Position numbers and translations under genes: made by a program. DNA of 32,955 bases. It comes from Mycoplasmatota bacterium (GTDB lineage: Bacteria > Bacillota_I > Bacilli_A > Izemoplasmatales > Izemoplasmataceae). Numbering within the stretch: the first letter of the stretch is position 1; every line of letters begins with the position of its first letter. The notes under the pieces are model-generated. The model made no database searches. It saw only the letters and a list, made by a program, of their open reading frames with translations, and was not told the DNA's origin. This document shows, piece after piece, positions 1-8,875 of this stretch. The stretch is taken from assembly GCA_030595255.1 (NCBI GenBank), contig JAUVDP010000012.1:1-32955 (forward strand), read 5' to 3'.

Positions 1-1207
1 CTTTTACAATTGAATTAGTTAAATATCCTTCGCTAAATTCATCAATTATAATATATCCACTTGCTTCTTTTAAAGAATTAATCATTCCACTTTTCGCAAA
101 AAGTGGAGTTGCGATAAACTCATTATTTATATTACTTATTCTTACTAATTGATACATTCTTCTACCAGAGGGTGAATGTACATTAGTATCTAATCTTGCT
201 TCAAAATATGGAATAGGTAGTATATTATCTAGGTGATAAATTGTATTAACTATTTCATTAATAAATGTATTTAATACAAAGAACGCAGAAGTTGGTTGTC
301 CAGGTAACCCAAAGAATAACTTATTGTTATATTTAGCTATAATACTAGGTTTACCTGGCTTAATACTAATCCCATGAACTAGTAATTCTGCCCCAATGCT
401 TTCTAAAATAGCTAAAGTATAATCTTTATCTCCAACACTACTTCCGCCACTACTAAATACTATATCGCTGTTTTCAAATCCTTTTAAAACAGCTTCTTTA
501 TATGCCTCAAAATCATCATTGATAATCAATGATTCATTTACTACTATATTTTTATTTTTTAGATGATTACTAACAGTGTATGTATTAATATCTCTGATTT
601 CACCAATTAATAGCTCTTCTTTATCTTTAACAATTTCATCACCAGTTGAAATTACTAAAGCATTTAACTTCTCATAAACATTAATTTCTTTAATTCCAAT
701 TGATTTTAAAGCTCCAATTACTAAAGGAGTTATTAATGTATTCTTTTTAACTATTACTTGTCCTTCTAAAATATCACTGCCTTTTAATAAGACATTTTCA
801 TTTATTGAGACACTCTTATTAATTATTACTTCGTCACCTAGTAATTCTGTATTTTCAATCATAACTGCGGCATTTGCCCCTTTTGGCAAATGACCTCCAG
901 TAGGTACATAAACTGTAGTACTAGGAGTAACTATGTCAGTTGCTTCTTTACCCATCAATACTTCTCCAGTTAATTTTAAAATTGACGGAGTTGAAGACGT
1001 TGATAATTTCACACTATTAAAATCAACAGCATATCCATCAACAATACTTCTATTAAAATGAGGTACATCTTCTTTTGATATAATATCTTCAGCACTTACA
1101 TAATTTAAGGCTTCACTTAGTAATACTGTTTTAGTTTTTAAATTGTAATCACTAAAATTATCTTTAAGTAATTTAATTGTTTCATCAATTGATTTAACTA
1201 AGAACAT
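1..1207 (-). CDS. moeA: molybdopterin molybdenumtransferase MoeA (C-terminus runs off the window start)
   Basis: The minus-strand ORF leaves the window, so it is absent from the track. Translation from ATG (rc of 1205-1207), with SD AGGAGG just upstream, gives MFLVKSIDETIKLL..SIVDGYAVD..GGHLPKGANAAVMIENT..SGGSSVGDKDY..GLPGQPTSAF. These are MoeA/gephyrin-E landmarks, and the frame stays open for about 402 codons. The start overlaps the tupC stop by 14 nt. Confidence 0.8.
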   Translation of the reverse strand, partial: MFLVKSIDETIKLLKDNFSDYNLKTKTVLLSEALNYVSAEDIISKEDVPHFNRSIVDGYAVDFNSVKLSTSSTPSILKLTGEVLMGKEATDIVTPSTTVYVPTGGHLPKGANAAVMIENTELLGDEVIINKSVSINENVLLKGSDILEGQVIVKKNTLITPLVIGALKSIGIKEINVYEKLNALVISTGDEIVKDKEELLIGEIRDINTYTVSNHLKNKNIVVNESLIINDDFEAYKEAVLKGFENSDIVFSSGGSSVGDKDYTLAILESIGAELLVHGISIKPGKPSIIAKYNNKLFFGLPGQPTSAFFVLNTFINEIVNTIYHLDNILPIPYFEARLDTNVHSPSGRRMYQLVRISNINNEFIATPLFAKSGMINSLKEASGYIIIDEFSEGYLTNSIVK

Positions 1208-1785
1208 TTTTACCTCCTACCTTGTATTCCACATCTTTTAAATCATCAACAAAAGATTTATTGTGGCTTACAATAATAAAAGTAATTTTATTTTTAAGCT
1301 TTTTAATTAATTGTGTTAATTCATTTATAGACTCTAAATCAAGATGAGTTGTTGGTTCATCTAGTAATACTATATCTGGATTAAAAATAATTGATCTAAT
1401 TATCGATACTTTCATTTTTTCACCTGAAGATAATTTTAATGCATTATTTTCAAGTAAGTGTTCAATATCTAACAACTTAGCATATTCAATAATCTTATCA
1501 TGATATAAACTAATATCTAATTTTCTAACTTTTAAAGGATAAGCAATATTACAGTACGCAGTTCTATTAAAGATAACTGGTTCTTGACTATTATAAGTAA
1601 CGTTAGCATTAATCTTTAATGAACCTTCGTAATCTAAAAATGAAGCAAATACTCTAAGTAATGTTGTTTTACCTGCGCCATTACGTCCACTTATCACAGT
1701 AACTTTATTTTTCTCAAATCTAAAATCTTCAAAGATAAATTCTAAAGATTTCATTTTTACTTTCAAGTTTCTTATCTCAATCATA
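1194..1785 (-). CDS. tupC: tungstate/molybdate ABC transporter ATP-binding protein; short, with no TOBE domain, which fits TupC better than ModC
   Basis: Walker A GRNGAGKTTLL, ABC signature LSSGEKMKVSI, Walker B VLLDEPTTHLD. The likely true start is the internal ATG (MIEIRNLKV) at 1785, with SD GAGGTG 6 nt upstream. The track ORF extends to 1877 only through overlap with tupB. Confidence 0.65.
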
Positions 1786-2460
1786 AAAATCACCTCTAAA
1801 CCTTGCGAGTAAAGTATGTAGTAAGAAAGCAATAGATAGTAAAATGAATCCCATTGCGATAGACATTGAGTATTCACCCATACTATTATTTAAAGCGATA
1901 TAAGTAGTCATAACTCTTGTATCACCTTTAATATTTCCACCCACAAGCATTACTGCCCCTACTTCACTTAAAGCTCTAGAAAACCCTAAGATAATACTCA
2001 TAAATATAAAAGGTTTAGTTTCAATTATTAAGAGAAATATTTTATCAATTTTAGAAGCACCTAAGGTTGTCGCAGTTTCTAAAACTTTCTTTTGAGTTTT
2101 CTCACTTGTAATTATAATATTCCCGATAATAATCGGTAAAACAAGTAATGTTTGAGCTATATACATTGCTGATTTTGTAAATAGTAAATTCATCCCATCA
2201 AACGGTCCAGTAATTAGTAATAGTACTATAAGTCCTAGAACTACTGGAGGTATTCCCATCAAAGTAAATACGACCTTCTTAGTAAACCTCTTTAATTTAA
2301 AGTCGGAAATACTAATTAAGATTCCTAAGAAAGTACCAATAACTGAGGCAGTCAATGTAGCTAAAATTGATATAGTTAAAGACAGAAATATAATCGAATA
2401 TATTTCTGAATCAAAAGATATCAATAACTTAAATGCTTCAATAATACTTTCTAATATCAT
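1777..2460 (-). CDS. tupB: ABC transporter permease (TupB/ModB-like)
   Basis: 227 aa polytopic membrane protein with an EAA-like loop (LGASKIDKIFLLIIETKP). SD GGAGTG lies before the ATG. The gene overlaps tupC on one side and lies 6 nt from tupA on the other. Confidence 0.65.
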   Translation of the reverse strand: MILESIIEAFKLLISFDSEIYSIIFLSLTISILATLTASVIGTFLGILISISDFKLKRFTKKVVFTLMGIPPVVLGLIVLLLITGPFDGMNLLFTKSAMYIAQTLLVLPIIIGNIIITSEKTQKKVLETATTLGASKIDKIFLLIIETKPFIFMSIILGFSRALSEVGAVMLVGGNIKGDTRVMTTYIALNNSMGEYSMSIAMGFILLSIAFLLHTLLARFRGDFYD

Positions 2461-2466
2461 AAATTA

Positions 2467-3252
2467 TCACTCCGCATTAGGATAAAACATCTGTATGTCA
2501 CACATAATAAATTCAGATATTAAAATTTGGATATCACTTCTAAGTATCCAATCATAAAATAAATCAGCATTGTGATCGTCTCTATTATGTAAATCAGTAC
2601 TAACTTTAATAACTCCATACTGATTTACAAGTTCATTTGGATCTTCGTAAGCTACTTCTAATTCAAGATTATCTTCCATAGCACAAAAAGTAGCTATATC
2701 AGTTAAAGTATAATATCCACTAAGAGATGTCATATTTAAAGTAGTTCCCATCCCTTGTCCTGTTTCTTTATACCAATCTCCAAATGTAGATACATCATAT
2801 CCAAATGTATCCCATTGCTTTAATTCCTTCATATGAGTTCCTGAAGAATCTCCACGAGAATAAAAATCAAGTTCATTATCATAGATATAATCAAACGTAG
2901 CTTCAACACTATCTAAATCTAAAGCAACTGGACCCACTATTAAAAAATGATTAAACATCACATTACTTCTCTTTTCTCCATACCCTGCATTCATAAAAAT
3001 CATTTCACTATCATAGTCATGAGTAAATAGAATATCTGCTTCTCCCATTTCTCCCATTTCAAGTGCGGCCCCTGTACCTAAAGCAACTACTTTTACTTTC
3101 ACATCGTATTCTTCTTCAAAATAAGGAAGAATATACTCTAAAAAACCTGAGTTATCTAGAGACGTTGTAGTAACTAAAATTAGTTCTTCTTTGTTACATG
3201 AACTTAAAAATATTGTTAGTAATAAAGTCGTTAATAATAATACTTTTTTCAT
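2467..3252 (-). CDS. tupA: tungstate-binding lipoprotein TupA (substrate-binding protein)
   Basis: Lipoprotein signal MKKVLLLTTLLLTIFLSSC, and the TupA-characteristic TTTS motif (LVTTTSLDNSG). SD GAGGTG precedes the ATG. It is the first gene downstream of the riboswitch. Confidence 0.65.
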   Translation of the reverse strand: MKKVLLLTTLLLTIFLSSCNKEELILVTTTSLDNSGFLEYILPYFEEEYDVKVKVVALGTGAALEMGEMGEADILFTHDYDSEMIFMNAGYGEKRSNVMFNHFLIVGPVALDLDSVEATFDYIYDNELDFYSRGDSSGTHMKELKQWDTFGYDVSTFGDWYKETGQGMGTTLNMTSLSGYYTLTDIATFCAMEDNLELEVAYEDPNELVNQYGVIKVSTDLHNRDDHNADLFYDWILRSDIQILISEFIMCDIQMFYPNAE

Positions 3253-3262
3253 CCTATCACCT

Positions 3263-3303
3263 CAAAAAAAGACTTTTCACGCCAAAAAAGGAGTAAAAAG
3301 TCT
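3263..3303 (-). terminator. intrinsic terminator / riboswitch expression platform directly abutting the tupA RBS
   Basis: On the minus strand the sequence reads AGACTTTT-(21 nt)-AAAAGTCT followed by TTTTTTT. It sits immediately 5' of the GAGGTGATAGG-ATG of tupA. Confidence 0.4.
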
Positions 3304-3304
3304 A

Positions 3305-3398
3305 TAATCCTTTCCAAACGTGGGAGGCACATAAATTTCTTTATATACCCATCGGCTTAAAAGTCATAGATACCCTTAGACTTTTAAGCTCGGAATAC
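3305..3398 (-). ncRNA. molybdenum/tungsten cofactor (Moco/Tuco) riboswitch aptamer
   Basis: The minus-strand RNA reads ..UUCCGAGCUUAAAAGUC..GACUUUUAAGCCGAUGGG..GUGCCUCCCACGUUUGGAAAGG. It carries the hallmark CCGAG, GCCUCCC and GGAAAGG blocks of the Moco RNA motif (compare the E. coli moaA leader ..GCCUCCCGUAUCUGGAAAGG). An internal stem GCUUAAAAGUC/GACUUUUAAGC is present. It lies upstream of tupABC-moeA. The element is short, which suggests the P3-lacking tungsten-associated variant. Confidence 0.55.
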
Positions 3399-3411
3399 TT
3401 TTATTAATTAT

Positions 3412-3420
3412 ATTATACCA
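3412..3420 (-). promoter_or_regulatory. extended -10 element (TGGTATAAT) for the riboswitch-tupABC-moeA transcript
   Basis: The reverse complement of 3412-3420 is TGGTATAAT, placed about 15 nt upstream of the aptamer 5' end. Confidence 0.35.
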
Positions 3421-3473
3421 CATAAAAGCGTTTTCTGACATTTCTTATTTATAATAATTAAGCTCGATTTTAA

Positions 3474-3502
3474 TTGTAAAAATGTTTACAATATATTATA
3501 AT
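3474..3502 (+). promoter_or_regulatory. sigma-A-like promoter for the aor operon (TTGTAA-17-TATAAT)
   Basis: TTGTAA at 3474-3479, a 17-nt spacer, and TATAAT at 3497-3502. The RBS AGGGAGG is at 3524-3530. Confidence 0.3.
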
Positions 3503-3538
3503 AAGGATAGACAAAATAAAAATTAGGGAGGTTAAATA

Positions 3539-5323
3539 ATGTTTGGATACATGGGTAAACTTCTAAGAATCAACTTAACGAATAACTCAATAAAAGTTGA
3601 AGACTTAGATTTAGAACTTGCAAAGAAATTTGTTGGAGGTCGAGGACTAGGAACTAAGATGCTTTACGATGAAATCGATCCTAAAATTGATGCTTTAAGT
3701 CCAGAAAATAAATTATTCTTCATAAATGGACCAATGAGTGGAACTCCTACCCCAACAGGTGGACGTTACATGGTTGTTACAAAATCACCTTTATCAGGAA
3801 CTATTGCTTCATCAAACTCAGGAGGAACTTGGGGTGCACGTCTTAAGTATGCAGGGTATGATGGAATTATCGTTGAAGGTAAAGCTGATATGCCTGTTTA
3901 TATCACAGTTACTGAAGAAAATGTTGAAATTAATGATGCATTTGATTTATGGGGTAAAACAGTTGGAGAAACTACAGATATATTACAAAAAGAAAAGAAA
4001 ACTAATGTATTAGCTATCGGACCTGCAGGAGAAAGATTAAGTAAAATAGCTGCTATCATGAATGATAAAGATAGAGCTGCAGGACGTAGTGGTGTTGGAG
4101 CAGTAATGGGAAGTAAAAACCTTAAAGCTATCGTAGTAACAGGAAACTTAAAAGTTAGTTTATTTGATGAAGAAGCTACTAAAGCTAACAACAAAGAAGC
4201 TACACAAAAACTTAAAGATAATCCAGTTACTGGTGAAGGATTACCAGCTTACGGAACTGCAGTACTAGTTAATGTAATTAACGCTAACGGTATGTTCCCA
4301 ACAAACAATTTCCAAGAAGGTGTATTTGCTAACGCAGAAGATATTTCAGGAGAAACTCTTGCTGAAAAGTATTTAGTTAGAAAAGACCCTTGTCACAGAT
4401 GTCCTATTGGATGTGGACGTTACACTAAAACTGATAAAGTTGAGGGTGGAGGTCCTGAATATGAAACTATCTGGGCATTTGGAGCTGATTGTGGAGTTAA
4501 AGATTTAGCTAAAATTATCGAAGCTAACTATTGGTGTAACCAATATGGTATCGATACTATTTCAGCTGGAGCTACTCTCGCTGCTGCAATGGAATTAAGC
4601 CAAATAGGTTTACTAGATCATGTAGATTTTGAAGGTCATAAACTTGAATTCGGTAACGATGACGCTATCGTTTATTGGACTAAGAAATTAGCTCTAAGAG
4701 AAGGATTCGGAGATGAAATGGCTGATGGATCTTATAGACTATGTGAAAAATATGGTCGTGCTGATTTATCAATGTCAGTTAAGAAACTAGAAATCCCAGC
4801 ATACGACCCTCGTGGTGTTCAAGGGCATGGATTAAACTATGCTACTTCAAACCGTGGTGGATGTCATGTACGTGGATATATGATTAGCCCTGAAATTTTA
4901 GGTTTACCAGCTAAGCTTGAAAGACAAGAACTTAAAGATAAACCTTTCTGGACTAAAACATTCCAAGATTTAACTGCATTTATTGACTCAACTGGTCTTT
5001 GCTTATTTACTTCATTTGCACTTGGTGCTGATGACTATGCTAAGATTTTTAATAGTATAGTAGGAACAAGCTGGAATGGTGACGATGTACTTAAAGCCGG
5101 AGAAAGAATTTATAACATTGAAAAACAATTTAACATAGAAGCAGGAATTTTACCTGAAGAAGATACTCTGCCTGAGAGATTCTTAAAAGTACCAATGCCT
5201 GCTGGTCCTACAGAAGGACATGTCCATCGCTTAAGCGAACTATTACCTGAATATTATGAATTAAGAGGTTGGGACAGTAAAGGTGCACCAACAAAAGAAA
5301 GATTAGAAGATTTAGGATTATAA
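3539..5323 (+). CDS. aor: tungsten-containing aldehyde:ferredoxin oxidoreductase (AOR family)
   Basis: 594 aa. The N-terminus (MFGYMGKLLRINLTN..VGGRGLG) is AOR-type, and the Cys motif DPCHRCPIGCGRY matches the AOR [4Fe-4S] site. The gene sits beside tungstate uptake genes. The SD is strong. Confidence 0.9.
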   Translation: MFGYMGKLLRINLTNNSIKVEDLDLELAKKFVGGRGLGTKMLYDEIDPKIDALSPENKLFFINGPMSGTPTPTGGRYMVVTKSPLSGTIASSNSGGTWGARLKYAGYDGIIVEGKADMPVYITVTEENVEINDAFDLWGKTVGETTDILQKEKKTNVLAIGPAGERLSKIAAIMNDKDRAAGRSGVGAVMGSKNLKAIVVTGNLKVSLFDEEATKANNKEATQKLKDNPVTGEGLPAYGTAVLVNVINANGMFPTNNFQEGVFANAEDISGETLAEKYLVRKDPCHRCPIGCGRYTKTDKVEGGGPEYETIWAFGADCGVKDLAKIIEANYWCNQYGIDTISAGATLAAAMELSQIGLLDHVDFEGHKLEFGNDDAIVYWTKKLALREGFGDEMADGSYRLCEKYGRADLSMSVKKLEIPAYDPRGVQGHGLNYATSNRGGCHVRGYMISPEILGLPAKLERQELKDKPFWTKTFQDLTAFIDSTGLCLFTSFALGADDYAKIFNSIVGTSWNGDDVLKAGERIYNIEKQFNIEAGILPEEDTLPERFLKVPMPAGPTEGHVHRLSELLPEYYELRGWDSKGAPTKERLEDLGL

Positions 5324-5328
5324 ATTTG

Positions 5329-5358
5329 AAAAGGAATGAATAGGAATATTCATTCCTT
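5329..5358 (+). other. perfect 12-bp intercistronic hairpin between aor and the radical-SAM gene, with no U-tract
   Basis: AAGGAATGAATA-GGAA-TATTCATTCCTT, followed by CTTAATATG, the start of the radical-SAM gene. Confidence 0.4.
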
Positions 5359-5364
5359 CTTAAT

Positions 5365-6393
5365 ATGATAAAAAAAATATATATAGAACTCACAAATAGA
5401 TGTAATCTAACTTGTGATATGTGTTACAGGCATACGTGGGATAATATCCTTGGTGATATGGACAAAGAAACAATCAATAAATTATATAATCAAATAGAAA
5501 AACCTATCACCATGGTATTTGGTGGTATAGGAGAACCAACTGTTGCAAAGAATTTTGAATATGCAGTAGATAAGTTTAAAGAATTTGATTTAGAAATTAC
5601 AACAAACGGAATTATGAGTGAAGAAAAACTCTTTTTAATATGTCAAAATTTTAAAAATGTTATAATAAGTGTAGATGGTACAGAGGCAGATTATTATGAT
5701 ATTAGGAAAACAGATTTTAATAATGTTAAAAGAACAATCGAATACATTTATAATTACCGTAAAAAAAACGATGTGAAATTACCAGAAATGGAATTTGCTT
5801 TTGTAATATCAAAAGTTAACAAAGAAGCAATATATAAAGTTATTGACTGTGCAAGTAGAAACAATGTTAAAAAAATATTGATGTCTCATCTTCTTCCACA
5901 AAATTTACATCAACAAAATGAAATATGTTATACAGAATGTTATAACGAATTAGGACATGAATATGTTAAATTAGTTAATAAATATGCATACTTTGGAATG
6001 AGAGTTGTAGTATCTTTTCCATTTATGGAAATTAAAACAGATAGAATATGTCACTTCGTAGAAAACAACTATACATATATTGACTATACTGGTGAAGTTA
6101 GCCCTTGCTATCGATTTGCGAATACATATACAGAATGGGTTTTCGGAAGAGAAAAAACGGTACTAAAACATTCGTTTGGGAATATCTTAAAAGACAGTAT
6201 AAATGATATTTATAATAGTAAAAAGTACAAGGTATTTAGAGACTCAGTTTTACATGTAGATCATCCTAGTTGTGTTGATTGTGATTTGCGTGATGGATGT
6301 AGTTACGTTGATGACACAGAGTTTGACTGCTTAGGTAATTCTCCTAGTTGTGGAGACTGTTTATGGAATAGAAATATAATAAGATGTACGTAG
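5365..6393 (+). CDS. radical SAM protein with a C-terminal SPASM/twitch-like Cys-rich domain (Cmo-like AOR-associated maturase candidate)
   Basis: CNLTCDMC (CxxxCxxC) at residues 13-20. The C-terminus has CVDCDLRDGC..CLGNSPSCGDC, which supplies auxiliary-cluster cysteines. It follows aor directly and precedes moaD. Confidence 0.8.
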   Translation: MIKKIYIELTNRCNLTCDMCYRHTWDNILGDMDKETINKLYNQIEKPITMVFGGIGEPTVAKNFEYAVDKFKEFDLEITTNGIMSEEKLFLICQNFKNVIISVDGTEADYYDIRKTDFNNVKRTIEYIYNYRKKNDVKLPEMEFAFVISKVNKEAIYKVIDCASRNNVKKILMSHLLPQNLHQQNEICYTECYNELGHEYVKLVNKYAYFGMRVVVSFPFMEIKTDRICHFVENNYTYIDYTGEVSPCYRFANTYTEWVFGREKTVLKHSFGNILKDSINDIYNSKKYKVFRDSVLHVDHPSCVDCDLRDGCSYVDDTEFDCLGNSPSCGDCLWNRNIIRCT

Positions 6394-6405
6394 GTGATAT
6401 TAGAA

Positions 6406-6639
6406 ATGATTACAGTAAAATTGTATTCTGCAGTAAGAAAATATGGTGGGAAAGAAGTTCTTTTTGATCATAAAGATGGAATGACAGTTAGAGATATTGT
6501 TGAAGACTTAAAAATACCTCTAAAAGAGTTATCTATTATAATATTAGATAATTTTGATAGTACTCCTGACATTATGTTAGATAGAACAGTTAAAGACGGA
6601 GCATTACTTCATCTGTTTCCTCCAATGGCAGGAGGTTAA
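6406..6639 (+). CDS. moaD: MoaD/ThiS-family sulfur-carrier protein with a C-terminal Gly-Gly
   Basis: 77 aa ending ..LFPPMAGG. SD AGGTGA lies 8 nt before the ATG. The track ORF starts at GTG 6394, but the ATG at 6406 is the likelier start. Confidence 0.7.
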   Translation: MITVKLYSAVRKYGGKEVLFDHKDGMTVRDIVEDLKIPLKELSIIILDNFDSTPDIMLDRTVKDGALLHLFPPMAGG

Positions 6640-6661
6640 AATTATCAAATATAGTAGAAAT

Positions 6662-7315
6662 ATGGGAATAATGAATGATTTTGAACTTGAAAAGTTTAAA
6701 AAGACTAAAGCTTTAATCGTAGGTGTAGGTGGACTAGGTGGATACATTGCATCTAGTTTAGTTAGAATCGGGGTTAGCTCAATTACTATTGTTGATTTTG
6801 ATAAGTTTGATGATTCAAATTTAAATCGTCAACTATTCGCAACTTCAAAAACAATTAATAAATCTAAAGTAGAAGTTGTTAAACTGGAGCTATTAGATAT
6901 TAACCCAGAGTTAAATATCATTGCTATTAATTCAAAATTAGATGAATTATTTGATAAAACTTATTTTGAAGGAATAGATGTTGTATTTGATGCAGTTGAT
7001 AATATAAAATCTAAAGTTTTAATTGAAAAATATTGTTCTATATTTAATATTCCACTTATTCATGGCGCTATAGCGGGATGGTACGGACAACTAGGTATAA
7101 TAATGCCTGGTAGTAACATCTTAAGTGAATTATATAAAGATAAAGAAAAAGGTATTGAATCTGTCTTAATGAGTCCTACTTTTACTCCTGGTATAGTAGC
7201 TAATATGATGATTAGTGAGTTTGTAAAATTTGTATTAAAAAAAGAAGCTCTCGTTAATCAAATTCTTTATATAGACCTTCTTGATCATGAATATCGAATT
7301 ATATACAAAAAATAA
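6662..7315 (+). CDS. ThiF/MoeB-family E1-like adenylyltransferase (short form, with no rhodanese domain or Zn-Cys pairs)
   Basis: ALIVGVGGLGGYIASSLVRIGV (GxGxxG) and VDFDKFDDSNLNRQ, the hallmark of MoeB/ThiF. It is immediately downstream of moaD. Confidence 0.7.
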   Translation: MGIMNDFELEKFKKTKALIVGVGGLGGYIASSLVRIGVSSITIVDFDKFDDSNLNRQLFATSKTINKSKVEVVKLELLDINPELNIIAINSKLDELFDKTYFEGIDVVFDAVDNIKSKVLIEKYCSIFNIPLIHGAIAGWYGQLGIIMPGSNILSELYKDKEKGIESVLMSPTFTPGIVANMMISEFVKFVLKKEALVNQILYIDLLDHEYRIIYKK

Positions 7316-7344
7316 GCAAATCCAATTGGATTTGCTTTTTATTT
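7316..7344. terminator. bidirectional intrinsic terminator
   Basis: GCAAATCCAA-TT-GGATTTGC followed by TTTTTATTT, lying between the convergent genes 6662-7315 (+) and 7343-7678 (-). Confidence 0.7.
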
Positions 7345-7678
7345 ACTCTTCTTCACTAACGTAATCAGTTATAGTACATGCACCTGGATATTCATCATTT
7401 AAATAATTCTCAACACTTTCATTGTGTAGATAAGCCTGTTCTAAAATATTATCATGAGCTTCTTCATCCTGAAGAATATCATTAATATAATATTCATAAA
7501 CTCCATCATCCTTATATATAAATTTATATACATCATCATCTTTAGTACATACAGCAATTAAAGAACCAGATGGAATCTCCATTACATCAGGAGGTGCAAG
7601 TAATTTTTCTCTTAATCCACATCCTGAAAGTAATCCAATAACTAATATTAAACTAAATATTACTATTACTTTTTTCAT
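7343..7678 (-). CDS. small secreted lipoprotein, function unknown
   Basis: Signal peptide plus lipobox MKKVIVIFSLILVIGLLSGC, and an acidic C-terminus. Confidence 0.5.
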   Translation of the reverse strand: MKKVIVIFSLILVIGLLSGCGLREKLLAPPDVMEIPSGSLIAVCTKDDDVYKFIYKDDGVYEYYINDILQDEEAHDNILEQAYLHNESVENYLNDEYPGACTITDYVSEEE

Positions 7679-7718
7679 ATTAACACCTCACAACATATTA
7701 TACTTTATTATAACATAG

Positions 7719-7745
7719 AAAAAAGACCTGCAAAAGATGCAGGTC
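7719..7745 (-). terminator. intrinsic terminator for the 7747-8802 gene
   Basis: GACCTGCA-AAAGA-TGCAGGTC, with a U-tract on the minus strand. Confidence 0.5.
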
Positions 7746-7746
7746 A

Positions 7747-8802
7747 TTATTGTTGATTTTTTAGTTTATAAGCTGAATAAAATAATGTTAACGGTATTAA
7801 TATTGTAATAAATAATAAACTATATTGCAATATTATCCAGTACCATTCGCCTACATATCCAAACCCTAACATTATAATCATATATATAAGAAAAAACGAA
7901 GATAAGATTCCTGAATAAAATAAAATTCTTTTTGTATGTGTAGAACCAATATATTTGTATAAAATCAGCATTAAAGTTGCCACTCCGCCAGTTATTGTAA
8001 CAATAAGTAAACTCATTAATATGAACTCCATATCCCCATTCCCATCAATTATACCAATAATTGTCATTGCAATACCTAGCAATGCAAATATAAAATATGC
8101 TAAAAACCCTATTATTACTGAAATCCTTGATAACTTAAGTAATAACTTATCATTACTACCTTTACTAAGAATCAGTTTTTTTTCATAGTTTTTCTTTTTA
8201 TAATTCTCTTTATACTCTTTTAAGTCTTTTCTAACAGCTCGAAGAGTTTCAATATTATTATTAGCACTCAATTGGATCGACATAGCCAATATTATGATAA
8301 ATTGAGGAAATAAATAAAACACTGGAATAAATATACAAATAATACTAATAATTATTACAGTAATCATAGATAATGATAAATATCTCTTAAGATTTTCAGA
8401 TTCAATTATAACTTTAGTCATTAAGTAAATTCTAATAATCAAATGAGATATAAGAATAACAAATACAATCCATGATAAATAAACAGCTATCCCATAAGTC
8501 CCGTTAAAAATTACATAGTACCCCTTCATTATGAATTCTATATCTGAAGATATAAAATAACCTTCCTCAGCAGTTGTGTGTATAAAGTTAAATAAATATG
8601 CAACAAATACTAAAATTGAAGTAGTAAGATATATTATGTTCCTACGCTTATCAATATCCATATATACCTCTACTTTTTCTCCACCAATAATCTCATTAAT
8701 TGATAGTTTATATAAGATAGATAATCTTTCTAAAATCTCAATATCAGGAATTGATTCTCCTCTTTCCCACTTTGAAACAGCTTGAGTTGATACATTACAC
8801 AA
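7747..8802 (-). CDS. XRE-family HTH regulator fused to a polytopic membrane domain; the 5' end is anomalous (no ATG, and an in-frame TAG replaces a Leu codon of the paralog)
   Basis: ..LTQKDISKLCNVSTQAVSKWERGESIPD is a Cro/C1-type HTH, followed by about 8 TM helices. It is paralogous to 18785-19357. The open frame upstream of TTG 8802 reads TKLRKENNLTQ, but a TAG falls where the paralog has LL. No ATG is available. Confidence 0.5.
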   Translation of the reverse strand: MCNVSTQAVSKWERGESIPDIEILERLSILYKLSINEIIGGEKVEVYMDIDKRRNIIYLTTSILVFVAYLFNFIHTTAEEGYFISSDIEFIMKGYYVIFNGTYGIAVYLSWIVFVILISHLIIRIYLMTKVIIESENLKRYLSLSMITVIIISIICIFIPVFYLFPQFIIILAMSIQLSANNNIETLRAVRKDLKEYKENYKKKNYEKKLILSKGSNDKLLLKLSRISVIIGFLAYFIFALLGIAMTIIGIIDGNGDMEFILMSLLIVTITGGVATLMLILYKYIGSTHTKRILFYSGILSSFFLIYMIIMLGFGYVGEWYWIILQYSLLFITILIPLTLFYSAYKLKNQQ

Positions 8803-8875
8803 CTTAGAAATATCTTTCTGAGTTAAATTATTTTCTTTCCTTAGTTTTGTCTATTTACTAGTAATTGATTTATAT

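Noticed and set aside
3738-4194. Track ORFs 3738-4013 (+) and 3898-4194 (-) lie inside aor.
   Set aside because: They are nested in or antisense to a well-supported 594-aa AOR gene in other frames. They have low complexity and no SD, so they are spurious.
5208-5393. 61-aa minus-strand ORF spanning the aor 3' end and the hairpin.
   Set aside because: It overlaps the aor coding sequence antisense and has no RBS. I also checked it as a possible RiPP precursor for the SPASM enzyme, but it is on the wrong strand and within aor.
7955-8785. ORFs 7955-8188 and 8576-8785 (+) lie inside the HTH-membrane gene.
   Set aside because: They are antisense to a membrane-protein gene. The hydrophobic translations are AT-rich artifacts.
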